Virus record (IMG/VR): IMGVR_UViG_3300037692_000137
Coordinates: 96,001-160,000 of that record
Reading direction: 5' to 3' (one strand)
DNA length: 64,000 bases
Source: a virus
Lineage: Duplodnaviria > Caudoviricetes
The translations under genes and the position numbers were made by a program. The notes below the pieces were generated by a model. The model was not told the DNA's origin. It saw nothing but the letters and a program-made list of their open reading frames with translations, and ran no database searches. Shown piece after piece: positions 20,804 through 32,900 of the stretch. How positions within the stretch are numbered: position 1 is the stretch's first letter; the number at the start of each line of letters is the position of its first letter.

Positions 20804-21210
20804 TATGGATTCTCCGCCGTAGGTGCTGGTGTATAATCGGTAAAGTAAGTACCATATGCCGGACCGCCCTGAGAAATAGATGAGTGATCGTGTATTGGTA
20901 CCGCTACTATATTTACAATGTATGTATTAGCATCATTTAATGCAAAGAAATAAACCCTATTGGGGTACGGCTTATTATGTGTATATCTAACACTCGTCTC
21001 ATCGTAAGTTACTGGTGTGATTTCTCCAACAGCTGCGTTCTCTACAACAAAACCCCTTATAGGTAGTTTTTTCTCACCTGTCATAGTTACCTCTCTAAAT
21101 TCAGGAAATAACCCGTTTGGGTGATATTGGGTCTCAGTAACTGCGGGTATTTTAAGATCTATGTACATACCTGGAGTTAAACTAGTGGATATTAGATTAA
21201 CAGTAGACAT
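20803..21210 (-). CDS. Hypothetical protein, 135 aa
   Basis: Coupled ORF (TAATG overlaps); C-terminal HDHSSISQGGPAYGTY. Confidence 0.7.
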   Translation of the reverse strand: MSTVNLISTSLTPGMYIDLKIPAVTETQYHPNGLFPEFREVTMTGEKKLPIRGFVVENAAVGEITPVTYDETSVRYTHNKPYPNRVYFFALNDANTYIVNIVAVPIHDHSSISQGGPAYGTYFTDYTPAPTAENP

Positions 21211-21803
21211 TATTCTACTCCTGAATTAGTAATTGTAGAGTCAGTGTAGCCAATAGTAGCTTCCATATTAACACTGGGTATATCTCTGTCAGCAGACATT
21301 TTAGCAGGATTATCCTTAGTTGTTAATGTTTGTGTGTTTTCTTCTATTAATCCATCTTTTGTAGGAATTAATCTAGGTTCTTGTGGTGCATATTTTAAGC
21401 GGCTACTTTTAAGTCCATCACGTACAGATGTAATGATGGCCCAAGCAGAATCGGAATAAGTTTGTCTTCTAGTAAAACGTTTATTATCCAATCTATATAA
21501 AACATCCGTACCACTTACATTTAACATTAAATAGGCAGGGTCATCCCATACAGGGGAGGGGACTACTTTTTTTATAAAGCCGGTAAATATTAGTGGCATA
21601 TTATCTTGTGTACCGGCATATATTGCTACTTCACCGGTTACTGAGCTTAAATCCTCACCTAATACTTTTAGTGACGCATTAAAAGTAGACGCAGCCCCTC
21701 TACTTTTATTAACACTAAAAGACTGTATATAAGGTGTTACTATTTCCAACTCAGTTTCCTTACAAACTATCTTAGCCCTAATATGGATTAAATCAATGGC
21801 CAT
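21210..21803 (-). CDS. Baseplate-hub-like tail protein (gp27/GpD-like N-terminal barrel)
   Basis: IQSFSVNKSRGAASTFNASL..IFTGFIKKV..LNVSGTDVLYRL pattern typical of hub proteins; second gene after the TMP. Confidence 0.55.
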   Translation of the reverse strand: MAIDLIHIRAKIVCKETELEIVTPYIQSFSVNKSRGAASTFNASLKVLGEDLSSVTGEVAIYAGTQDNMPLIFTGFIKKVVPSPVWDDPAYLMLNVSGTDVLYRLDNKRFTRRQTYSDSAWAIITSVRDGLKSSRLKYAPQEPRLIPTKDGLIEENTQTLTTKDNPAKMSADRDIPSVNMEATIGYTDSTITNSGVE

Positions 21804-21814
21804 TTATAATCTCC

Positions 21815-23989
21815 TTATGATTCCATAGGAACATTGTTTATTTTTACAGATACTTCGTCCCCAACTCTTATAATATCAGATACAGCGCTATAAGCTGTTA
21901 CAACACCTATCCCAGACACTAAAACTTTGTATCTAAGACAATTACCCTCATCTTGCACTACCACACCATTTTCTGTAACAGCTTCCACTTGTTTTGTATA
22001 CTGGCCTCCGGTTACACCTGATATTAAGCCAGTGTTAGGTATATATGGACCTTCCGTTACGGATATTGTGTAGGAACCCATATCAGTGTAAGAGTATGTT
22101 ATACTGTTAACTATACCGCCCTGCAGCCCAGTACCGCCCAGCTGAGGATCACAGTTAGGGCCACAAACATAATTTATTTCTAAGGCTTTATCTCTATTAA
22201 GTATCTCTTTTAGTCTGTAAGAAAAATCAATAGTTTCTTGCTCTGTTAACGTGGCCATATTGGTCTCAAATAGTTGAGTTCCATTTAATGCCCGCATTTT
22301 TAGTTCATAGTCGCTGTCTTGTAAAGCTTGTACTGTTGTTGGGTCTGAGTCCACTATAGCAGAGGCTTGATCCACTAGTTCACCATTGATAGCCATTGGG
22401 GCTGGATCATCTACAGTGACAAGTGGGGCTATCTCTAAACGTAAATCCTGTGCTATCTCTAATGCGCGACCATGTGGATCAAATATCTCTACCGAAGGGA
22501 TGTTTAGGTCAATTTGTGCCCAAAGTTGTTGCACCAAGTAACCCGCACCTTCTTTTGGTATTAAGGTGCCTTTACCTATACCAGGATCTAAGTTTGGCTC
22601 ATTGGCTAAAATGCAGTTAGGGTGTATTTTGAAAGAAACGTCTGTGCCATATGTACCCCAGTCGTAAGCATGTGCGTTATTAATTACCTGTATACATAAT
22701 TGCCCTGTATCAATATTATAGCCTATACCGTAATCTATACCTTCTTCTAATACATAGGCTTTTGGGGTTAAGTCGTTAGCTATTACAAAAACTTCTGTTT
22801 GTTTTAATAGCTCTAATTTTTCTTCGTCGTTCTGAGCCTTTAAAAAGTTAGCTACTACTTCGTCATTTTTAGGAAATGACTTGCACATAGATAACTCTTG
22901 GCCAACTACAAATATTTTAGAGACTCTAATTAAATTGTCTGTTTGCACATTTCTAACAGTGGTGTATCTTAAGCTGTTCGGTAAACTAACAGGTATTGTT
23001 TCAGTACCGTCACAACTTATTTCGTAGCTTAAACCTTCATAACAACTATTTTCAGGCGTGGCTTGTGGTAGAAGACCAACCCACACATCGCGTTTCTTTA
23101 GCGTGCCTATGTTAACTGAGTTATCGTTTACGGGGGTAGCTCTTGCACTGATTACACCTTTGGGGCCGGCAAGTAGATAAGGTACAGATGATTGTTGTTT
23201 AACAGTTACTTTTGTAAGCCTATCAACCTTTGGCCCTGGATCTAAATACCATAACCAGCCAATGACTTTTTCCCAAACAGACTGTACTTCATACACACTT
23301 TCTACACCGTCATTTACTGCCCAAGCATTTAAGTTGGGATCTTTAAATGTTACAACCGCGTGCCTTTTATATGTTGTTAATGGACAGTCACCAGCTATTT
23401 GGTTAGTATCCCAAATTAAAGCTTGTGCTAAACTATATTCAGATTCTTCTATGGACATACCATCTTCAGAATTAACTGTTTGCACATTATATAGTAGATT
23501 CACCCAATCACGCACTTCTCTTCTTGATCTGGGTTTTTTACCTGTAACCTTAACACTTATTTCAGGGATATCAAATGTAGTGGATACCACGCTTGTGTAT
23601 ATATCAGCTATACCGCCAGACATAGATCCTACTTCTATTATACTTGCAGTTCCTTCAGGTGTTACTACAAGCTCTAATGGGCTACTATAAAGCCCTTTAG
23701 CAAAAGGCTCTATTAGGGACATTTTTATGGCAGACACTGCGTCCACATCTTTAATATCAATACCCATAAGTTCCCCGCTAGGATCGGCAGCCATATCTGA
23801 AGGTATACCGAACGTACCAAGGATAGTACCTACTAAAGGGCCAGTACTTTGTTGTGACATTAAGTCAGCTAGTTCCTGATCTAATCCATCATAATTAACT
23901 GGTAAACCGTTAATCATGTGATAGTTAGTCCAGGTACCGTCCGCCTTTTGATGCACATCATTGGGTATTCTGTATTCAGTAAGTGCCAT
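21815..23989 (-). CDS. Tail-tip or hub protein, 724 aa
   Basis: Immediately downstream of the TMP, where distal tail and hub genes normally sit; assignment is positional. Confidence 0.5.
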   Translation of the reverse strand: MALTEYRIPNDVHQKADGTWTNYHMINGLPVNYDGLDQELADLMSQQSTGPLVGTILGTFGIPSDMAADPSGELMGIDIKDVDAVSAIKMSLIEPFAKGLYSSPLELVVTPEGTASIIEVGSMSGGIADIYTSVVSTTFDIPEISVKVTGKKPRSRREVRDWVNLLYNVQTVNSEDGMSIEESEYSLAQALIWDTNQIAGDCPLTTYKRHAVVTFKDPNLNAWAVNDGVESVYEVQSVWEKVIGWLWYLDPGPKVDRLTKVTVKQQSSVPYLLAGPKGVISARATPVNDNSVNIGTLKKRDVWVGLLPQATPENSCYEGLSYEISCDGTETIPVSLPNSLRYTTVRNVQTDNLIRVSKIFVVGQELSMCKSFPKNDEVVANFLKAQNDEEKLELLKQTEVFVIANDLTPKAYVLEEGIDYGIGYNIDTGQLCIQVINNAHAYDWGTYGTDVSFKIHPNCILANEPNLDPGIGKGTLIPKEGAGYLVQQLWAQIDLNIPSVEIFDPHGRALEIAQDLRLEIAPLVTVDDPAPMAINGELVDQASAIVDSDPTTVQALQDSDYELKMRALNGTQLFETNMATLTEQETIDFSYRLKEILNRDKALEINYVCGPNCDPQLGGTGLQGGIVNSITYSYTDMGSYTISVTEGPYIPNTGLISGVTGGQYTKQVEAVTENGVVVQDEGNCLRYKVLVSGIGVVTAYSAVSDIIRVGDEVSVKINNVPMES

Positions 23990-23993
23990 CTAT

Positions 23994-26900
23994 TTAACCT
24001 ATATTCCTGTTAGCATACACTAGAGTCATTAAACGTTTTAATTGCCCATCAATTGATGTAAGCTCAAACTTTAATTTACTAATGTCTGTCCGTTGCCTAT
24101 TTATATAAGAGTCTATTAATTTTGAGTTGTTATTCAAAATATCTTTTTTAACTTCAGCTATACGTACATTTATTTCAGCCTGTACGTCCTTTCCAAAAGA
24201 CTCCTGTAAATTAGTAATTTTAGAGTCTATTATGTGTATTTGTTCATCAGTTTGTTCTTTAACAAAAGCTATGCTTTCCAGGGCTGTATCTAAAACAGTA
24301 CTATCCGCACCTACAGACTTAGTATTATTTATGGAGTCTGCTAAATTCTTAAACATGGCCTCTAAATTGGAAGTATCCAGTTTAACATTAGAAGAGTCCA
24401 AAGATATTTTATCTGGTATACTACTTATTACAGAAGTTAGTTTATCAGTAATACCGTTATCATCCAGTTTAACATCAAACACTTTGTCTTCTACTTTTAA
24501 GGGGGCTATATCAGCTAACTTTAATTCTTTGTCCTCTACGCGTAGTACTCTATCTTCTACTTGTAATTTTTTACTTTCATCCCAGGTTAGTACCACACTT
24601 TTCTGTTGCGCATTAGTAATAGTATTGGTGGTAAGTTCATTATTAACAAGCCCACCGTCCGCAAAGCGCCTTGGTAAAACCACTTCACCTTTCTCAAGGT
24701 AATGAGGTCCGGTAGATCTAGTAACGCCGCCGTCATGCATAATAGGCATGAATCTCCCACCTTCAGATTTCTTATTATCTTTAAAAGTGTCGCTTAAAAG
24801 ATTACTAGTTTTATCTAGGGAGCGGGCTTTAAAATAATCATCTATCATAGTTTTAATACGCGTTGGATTACCTTCGCTAATACCTTTAGCAGCTAAAGCT
24901 CTAAACTCATTTTCTGTTAATAAGCCCGCTAGTTCTTTTGGCACACTTTGTTTGGATACCACATTGCTTACGTAGTTCCAAAATTTGCCCATGTCGGTTG
25001 CACTAATATCAGCGCCAGCCATAGGCAGCATTGAATTTAACTGCCCTGCCGCATCTAACTCTATACCTCTGCCTATAGTGGATGTTAATGCTACACGCTC
25101 ACCTGCTCCCGCCAAAACTTGCCTTAGTGATCTTAGTGCTGGGCTGTCCTGTAATGTACTACCAGAAGCTACCAAATCATCAAACCTATTTAAGGATTGT
25201 CTTGCTTGCCATACGTATTCCTCTGGAAGATAACCAGGATTAGCTTTACCAGATTTTTTATCGGTACCATGGGATAACGCGTTACGCATAATAGTTGGAT
25301 CTTCCAGATAATTCCTAAGTTGTTCTACTTCTGTATAAGCAGGCCCTACTGCCGCAGTCATGCTAGACATTTTGGCGCCTTTATCTAAATAATTGGGTGT
25401 AAAAGTCATGGTATTTGTTTGCTCTTCAGTACCTATATCTTTTACTGCCAATCGTCTAACATTCTCCTTTATGTCACGTGTGGCAGTAAAATACTCTTCA
25501 GCTGCACCAACCCTACCGGCGCCATAGGAATCTCCAAAAGCAGTTTTTCTTTCTACCATTTGGGCCATAAGTTGCTGCTCTTCAGGAGATACTCTTGAAG
25601 TAGTATTGCCTAGTAACGCCTTGGTTTGTGTGCCTTTTCTTAGTTGTTCTTCCTCATTTAAAACAGAGGCTCTTGCTTTAGCCAGAGTTAATATCCCCTG
25701 TGTATCAGAGGGGCTAAAAGAAGTTACTTTTTCAGGTGGAACGTACCTTTCCCATGGCTCCCATTCACCTGTTACTGGATTAAATTTAGTAAGTGTTTTT
25801 TCTCCTGACAGCATCCTATATTTAGGAACGTCACCGCCATCCGCCATACCTGTTTCTTTCATGGCTGCTTCTAACTGTTTTTTATGCATGTAGATAGCAT
25901 CTTGTGCTCCAGGGGCAGAGAATACATCCGCCTGGTCATCGAACTTCTTTTTGTCCTCTTTTTTAGCCTTAGTATCATCCGTAATTACGCTATACATTGC
26001 TGCTCTAAGTCTATCCACAACACTACCACCATCAGCAAAACGCGCTAAGTCCTCTTTATCAGGGTCTTTGCCGGCCGCCTCTTTCATTGCCCGTCGGCGA
26101 GCGTCTAGCTGGGTTTTACCCTTAGCCTCTTCTGGTACAGAGGTTAACCAAGAGTAAAATACTTTTCTAGCTTCTGAGGCTATACCACCATCAGCAAAAC
26201 GGGATAAATCCTTTTTATCAGGGTCTTTGCCGGCAGCCTCTTTAAAGGCACGGCGGCGGGCGTCTAGCTGGGTTTTACCTTCATCCTCTTTAGGCACTGA
26301 TGTTAGCCAGGAGTAAAAAGCCTTTCTAGCATCAGAGGCTATACCACCATCAGCAAAACGGGATAAATCTTTTTTATCCGGATCTTGCTCTATAGCCTTT
26401 CTTAATTCGTGCCTCTTAATATCCAGTGGTTTTTCATCCTCGGTTCTAGGTTTAGGGACATCGGTAAGCCAACTATAAAAGCCTTTACGTAGACTAGCTG
26501 TGATACTACCACCTTCCGCTAATACAGGTATAGTTCCTTTCTTATTCATATGGTCTAGTGTGTCATAACCCAGTTTCTGAGCGGCGTGGGCGCGTATCAC
26601 GTATTCCCCTGGACTAAGCATAGCTGGAACTTTGTCCTCTCTTGGACCGCCAGGGCCAGTAATGTGACCACCAGCGGCTTTCCCAATGGTAGTAGTAGGT
26701 ACAGACTCAGCGGGGTTTTCACCTAAGGCTTTATTTAATTCTTGCAGTTGTGTTGTATTATTGTAAAGCGCTTTTATCTGTGCGTCAAAATATTTATCAT
26801 CACCTAAATGTAGATTCTCTAAATCAGGTAAATTCAAGGAGGGTTTTTCAAAAACATTGCCACTAGCTGCAGACTCCTTCTCTGCTTTAGTAAGTAAATC

Positions 26901-29900
26901 GTTAGTATCTTTTAAAGCCAACAAGTAGTCTACTTTAGGTTCAGCCATGGAGTATGCTTTTGTGCCAGCCGCAGCAAGCATTGGGGAGGCTGTTAAAAGT
27001 GGTCCAATAGTAGGCCCAGTAAAATAGCTAGCTATTGCGGAAAGTGCCTCAGCGTTAGATATAACAGCCGCAGCACCGGCAACCCCTGTTAAACCTATAG
27101 CCGTGTCTGCTGCAACGTTACCTGTATATTCACCAGTTGGTTTATTTCTTGCATTTCGACGTTCTTGTTCACTAATAAACATAGCTTGTCCGGCAGCAAA
27201 CTGGGCTATCCTAGCTTTTATTATTGGGTCATTAACCTCGAATCCTTGTTGCTCGGCCATTTTTGTGCCAATAAAAGTAGCTTTTTCTTTAGTTGCTTCT
27301 TTCTGTGCTGTCACTGGGGAAACAACGTTAATATCTTTAAGAACTGCTCCGGCTGCTTTACTAGCCAAATTAACAAGGGTGTTACCCAAAGCCTTATTAA
27401 ATTCTACAATTATTGGTACTGTTTTACCTAGTTCTGTATATAAGTCACCGGTGGGCACTGAAAGAGTAGCTAAGGCCTTATCAGCTGCCAACATACCCGC
27501 CATAGAATTTTGTTCCACCTCCTGCAGATACTTTTGTACGGGTGATTTAAGGCTCGGTGTTTCTATAGTTGGGATTATTTTATCTGTTTCTCCAGAAGTT
27601 TTAAATAACTGTTTTAATTCTTCCACAGGAACACCCATTTTTTCAGCTAATTTTTCTAGTATTTTTTGTATATTAACCAACTCTTTTACTACTGGGTCGG
27701 AAGTGATTAACGATTTTTCAAGATCGTGCTGTATTCTTGCAAAACCCTCTTTAACTTCTGGTGTTACTGCTACTGCTCTAGTACTTTCTGCCATACCACC
27801 AAATTGAGACATGTACCTTTGGTACTCTATAGTACCTTCACCGTACTGGGCTTTGGCTTTATCTTTAAGTTCTCCAATAGTAGTTTCTGATTTTATGAAG
27901 GCTGCCTGAGAATTTTTAAGCTCCTCTAGTTGTTTTAAAGAATTAGCGTAGTAAGTCTTTGTACCATCATCCTCGTTACCAAAAGATATCTTTTCAATTA
28001 ACGTATCTTCCATAGAGTTTATAGCGGAAACCATGGTGTCCAAACCTTGAAATTGTTTAACAAGGTCTTGTTCTTCTCTTACTCTTGTCTTTTCTTGTGG
28101 CATATAAGTTATTTGATCAATAACTTTCTGAAGATCATTACCTTTAAGATTACTAGAAAATAACTGAGTGTATAAGTCAGCCGTTCTTATTTCAAACTCA
28201 TCGGCGAACTTACCTAAGAATACCCCTCCATCCATTAAAGCACCCATTTGCTGAGTTGGTGTAACCATTCTTTTAGCAAAAGGGCCGCTGGCGCCAACCA
28301 AAGAGTCCATAGCTAACTTAAGATTTCTAGTACCTTCTAAACCCGCACTAAACCCCTGCACACTTAATGATTTAAAGCTTTCATTAAACGCCCTCAAACT
28401 TTTGCCTGTATCAAATAAGGTCTGTGTAATACTTCCTAAAGCTGCCATGCTGTCTTTAAGTGTTCCAAAGTCCTCTGTTAAAACAGATATCTCGTCACTT
28501 AATTTTAGTATCTCTTCTTTATATTCTTTAGTTTGAACAGTCTCTTTATCGCCGGCGTCTAATAGTTTCAGTCTGACATCTGCTATTAATTGCTCTCTAT
28601 CAGCTATTTTTTTGCCTACACTTTCTGTTAATGCCTGGGTAGACTTTAGTTGATCTATTGCATTCTTTGTTGGACCTTGCGCTGATTTAAAGAAGTACTC
28701 TTGATCACTTAATTCGGCATCTTTACGTTTAAATTGTAGATCACCTCTAAAACCAGATAATTCAGGATTCATGGCAGCAGTCATTGATGTTTTAGATTGA
28801 GAAATTGATCTAGTGATGCTAGAAAAATCTTCAACTAATTCGGTACTGGCCCGTTCAGACCTAGCCTTCTTAAAGGCCCCTTCAATTATTACAGGATCTA
28901 GATCTATTTTTATATTTTTTATCTTAGAGACTTGTCCTTTTATAGAGCGCTCATACTCATCTATTAAGACGTCCACATTTTTAAGACGTTTCTTTTCTTT
29001 ACCACTTAAACCCACCGTTTTATCTAGAGCCTCTAACTCCTGTTTTTCTACATATAATTCAGTAAGTTTAGATTGCATAAGGTCTGTTTTACTCTGTGCT
29101 TTTTCCAACTCTTTAAAAGAAGTTTCTACTTTTTGGTATTTATTTGTTGTAAATATTTTGCCAATATCCAAACCTTTTGTTGCCCCAGGTGCTGTTTCTG
29201 GTTTAACCATAAAAGAAAATAACGACTTAATTAACGCAAAAGGAGAAGACAGCTTTTTAAGATCTAATAAACCCTTAGACGGATCTTGTATAGAACCTAA
29301 AGTATCTACTAGTGTACCGATAGATTCAAAATTTATGTCTTTAGCAAATAGGTCTAAATCTGTGAATATTCTTCCTAGATTAGTAAAAAAGTTTTTTCCT
29401 CCTTCAGAAAATGTTTTAGCTCTAGATATAAGCTCTGTGTCTTGGAATACAAGGTATTGTTCTGTAGACATGTCACGTGTACTTCTAACACCTAAGTCAA
29501 CCTGTGGTGGGTTATATTTGCCTGATAATAAGCCACCTGGTTGTGGTGTAGCAAAGTTACTAGACCAGAAGGAAGGTCTAAGAAAACTTTTTACGCCGTA
29601 TGCCATTGTACCAGATACTAATTCACTAAACCTATTTTTTGCATTTGCTGTTATCTCTACATTAGCTATAGCAGTTGCCATGTCATCTAATTCTTTTTTC
29701 AGTTCCTCAGACATCTCAAGCTTAAGCATCTGTTCTTGCATAGCAGACACTTGCTTATTTATGATTTGGGTCTGTTGCTTATAGGTCTCTCTCATGTCCT
29801 TTACAGCTTGTTCTACTTTTTTCTTCTCGGCGTCAACATCTAATACTTTAGATTTCACCTCTGTCCCTTGAAGTACCTCGACAGCTGTTTTGCTTTTAAT

Positions 29901-32900
29901 ATTCTGTTCATTAAGTGCATCAAATATTTTTTGAGCAGATGTTGTATTTTTTTGTATCAACTTTGATATTAAAGCAGATTCTGCCGCTGACTTTTTAGAC
30001 GCAGTGGCTATCTCTGTAAGTTTTTCATTGCTTTCTGCTAAGTAGCCTGCCATAGTAGCAGCAGCTGTTGTAGCTAGTATCTGTGCTGGCCTATTAATGT
30101 CGGGGCCTGTTATTGGGCCACCAACAGCGCCTCCCGATGCAAATGCAGGTAGTTTACCATGTTCGTTCATATAGTCTAACTTACTTTGGCCTAAATACTT
30201 GGCAGCATCAGCATTGATTATGTATTCGCCATTACTTACCTTAGCTAATATGTCATCTGATGTACCAGTGCCTTCACCGGTTATTAAACCACCGGCAGCC
30301 ATTTTCATGGTTGTGCCCGCCCCAAATACTCGGCCGCCGTCTGAAAAACCATACTGGGACTTATTTTTCTCATAGTCGGCGTAAAATGTTTTTTCAGCCC
30401 GTTTAAGCTTTATGGCCTGTAACAAAGAGGGTGCCTCGCCAGTATTTGCCACACCTGTTGCTACATCTTTTAATATTTTACCATAATTCTTGGTAGCTTC
30501 AGAAAGGTCTGTTCCTAGTAGTTTGCTAAAGGTTAGTATCGCAGCATAAGTAGCTACAGTACCTGCACCTAATTTCTTTATAGTGTCATCAGCAAAACCT
30601 AAACTTTTAGCAAACTCCATGATGGCTGTTTTTGAAGCAGTCATTGTAGAAACAGCCCCATATAAAGTAGCTTTAGTTGTAGTGTCCTCTTTAGAGGCTG
30701 TAAGTGTTTTCTCTTGTGTTTTTAAATCATCTATTAATCCTTTATTTTGATTAACTTCAGGCTTAGCTTCTTCAGCTGCCAGTTGTGCTTTTAATATCTG
30801 AAGCTGCTCATCTAATTTTTTAACTGTTGCATTTTCTCCAGCTTTTTGAAAAGCAGCGGCAACACTTGCCGCAGCAGTAGCCTTCATTACAGTTTTATCG
30901 TCTATCAATTGTGGTTTTTGATTAGCCGTTTGTAACTTATTTATGGACTCTACATCTGCGATAAATGATGGTTTATTTGGCACAGTTTTTAAACCAAACC
31001 ACTTGCTCTCTTCTGGTATAACATCTTTTATTTGCGTTACAAAATCATTGAAATCAAGGCCAGAAAACATACGCTGTGAAGCTTCTGTTGCTGTGTAGTT
31101 TTTGGCGCCGAATACATTCTGCCCACCTATCTCTTTAAGAGTTCTATCAACACCTAATTGAGATGTTAAATTTTTAGTCATAACATCAAGTACTTTATTA
31201 GCCGCTATAACCATATCTGGATTACCAGCTGAGGAAGCCCTATCACGCATTTCAGCAACACGCTCTAACCCAGTTAACAAGTCTTGTGGTGAACTAGCCG
31301 ACATGTATTTTTCAAGTTGTTTATCTAAATCACCTGGGCTACCTAAAGCCATTAGAATATCTTCAAGCTTAGTAACGGTATCAGCGGTATTAGTAGCTAC
31401 TCTAGAGGTCTCAATTTTTAATTCTGCGTAACCTGTGTCACCTGTTCTAGCTACAGTCTCTGTAAAGTTTTGCATTTCATCTTTAGTTAAAACAGATCCA
31501 AACCCTTTTGACACTGCGGCTATACTGTCCAAGGCCACAAGAGCTTTATCTGAAGAGTAGATACCCTCCGCAGCGCCCTGCTTTCTTATGTCTAGTTCTT
31601 TTAATTGTGCGGCCAAATTTCTGTAGTCTTCAGATCCAATTAAAGTACGTTGTTGTACAGTTAGATCTTTATACTTAGCGCCGCCTGTATCAAAAGTGTC
31701 TAGACCCTCAGAAATACCTTTTAAATAGCCCGCAGTACCTTTGAATACTTCTTGACGGCTACGTTCAACAGATATATTTTCTTCTACTACCCTTTTACCG
31801 GCTTCGAATGTTTTAGTTAAATCCGCCAATACAGCCCTGTATTGCATTACCACTTGATTATTTTTTAATATAGTAGTAAGGTTTTCTAGTTCTTTATACA
31901 GGTCGTTGGCTATGGTAACGCTACTATCATCTAATCCCTCTATTTTTAATTTATCTAAGTCTTCCATATAACTTCTAAACTTAGTCATGGGCTTAGCGTA
32001 GTATTCCTCAAAATCTTTTTTCCAAGATTTTTGAAATGGGGACTCACCAAAGTCTTTACCTGGGGTGGCGGTGACTGTGGGGGTATACCCTTTACCTGAC
32101 TGTAACAGCGTGGTAGTGGCTACGTCACTAAAAAAACGCTCCCCTAGGTCAAACTCTTTTTTGAAATCTTTTGCTGATATAGCTCTAATACCTGCTCCGG
32201 CGCCGGCTACAAACTCGTTAAGTATTTCTATTTTGTCAGTTAACTCATCTTGTATATGATTAGCTGGGAAAATATTCTCAACCAGTTGTTGCATGTTTTT
32301 ATCAAAAGAGCGTTCTTCCACCTTTAATGTTTTTGTATTAAAATACTGTGCTACCCATTCAAACACACCATCAGAAGTTTCTTTAAGTTTAACTATTGCC
32401 TGTTTACCGGCCATATTGTACTTTGCTGTTACATCATCCATAAAGAGTACTATATCATTATTAAGCACTTTACCCTGACGTTCAAAAAGGCCGGCAGACT
32501 CTAGTTTACCCTTAGTTAACTCTTTTGTAAAACCCAACGACTTAGCTTCGGGTAAAGCTCTTTGCATAACTGTTTGGCCTAAAACATCCTGCCAATTAAT
32601 TTTACCTTTAAGGGAGGCCACATTTAGCCTGGGCTCCATATTTACAATAACATCATAGCCTTCTTTTAATCTAGGATCGGCAAATATCTTGGCAACCTCA
32701 TTTGGGTCTAGGCCCTTAGTATTAATATTACCTAATACATTACTAAATTCTTTGTAAGTAGATGCGTAGTCAGTTCTAAGTGCCTTTAAGGCTTCTTGGT
32801 ATTTTTTAATATCTTTGTCAATAGCAGAGGACATAGGGGACTTTGCTTTTATTGCCAGTAACTTATTTAATTGTGCAGTTATGTCAGCAATAGCTTTGGC

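Noticed and set aside
25840-26530. Direct repeats considered as a possible CRISPR array
   Set aside because: Whole 159-bp units repeat in frame inside a CDS; there are no unique spacers and no cas genes. The Cas4-like domain is part of the TMP.
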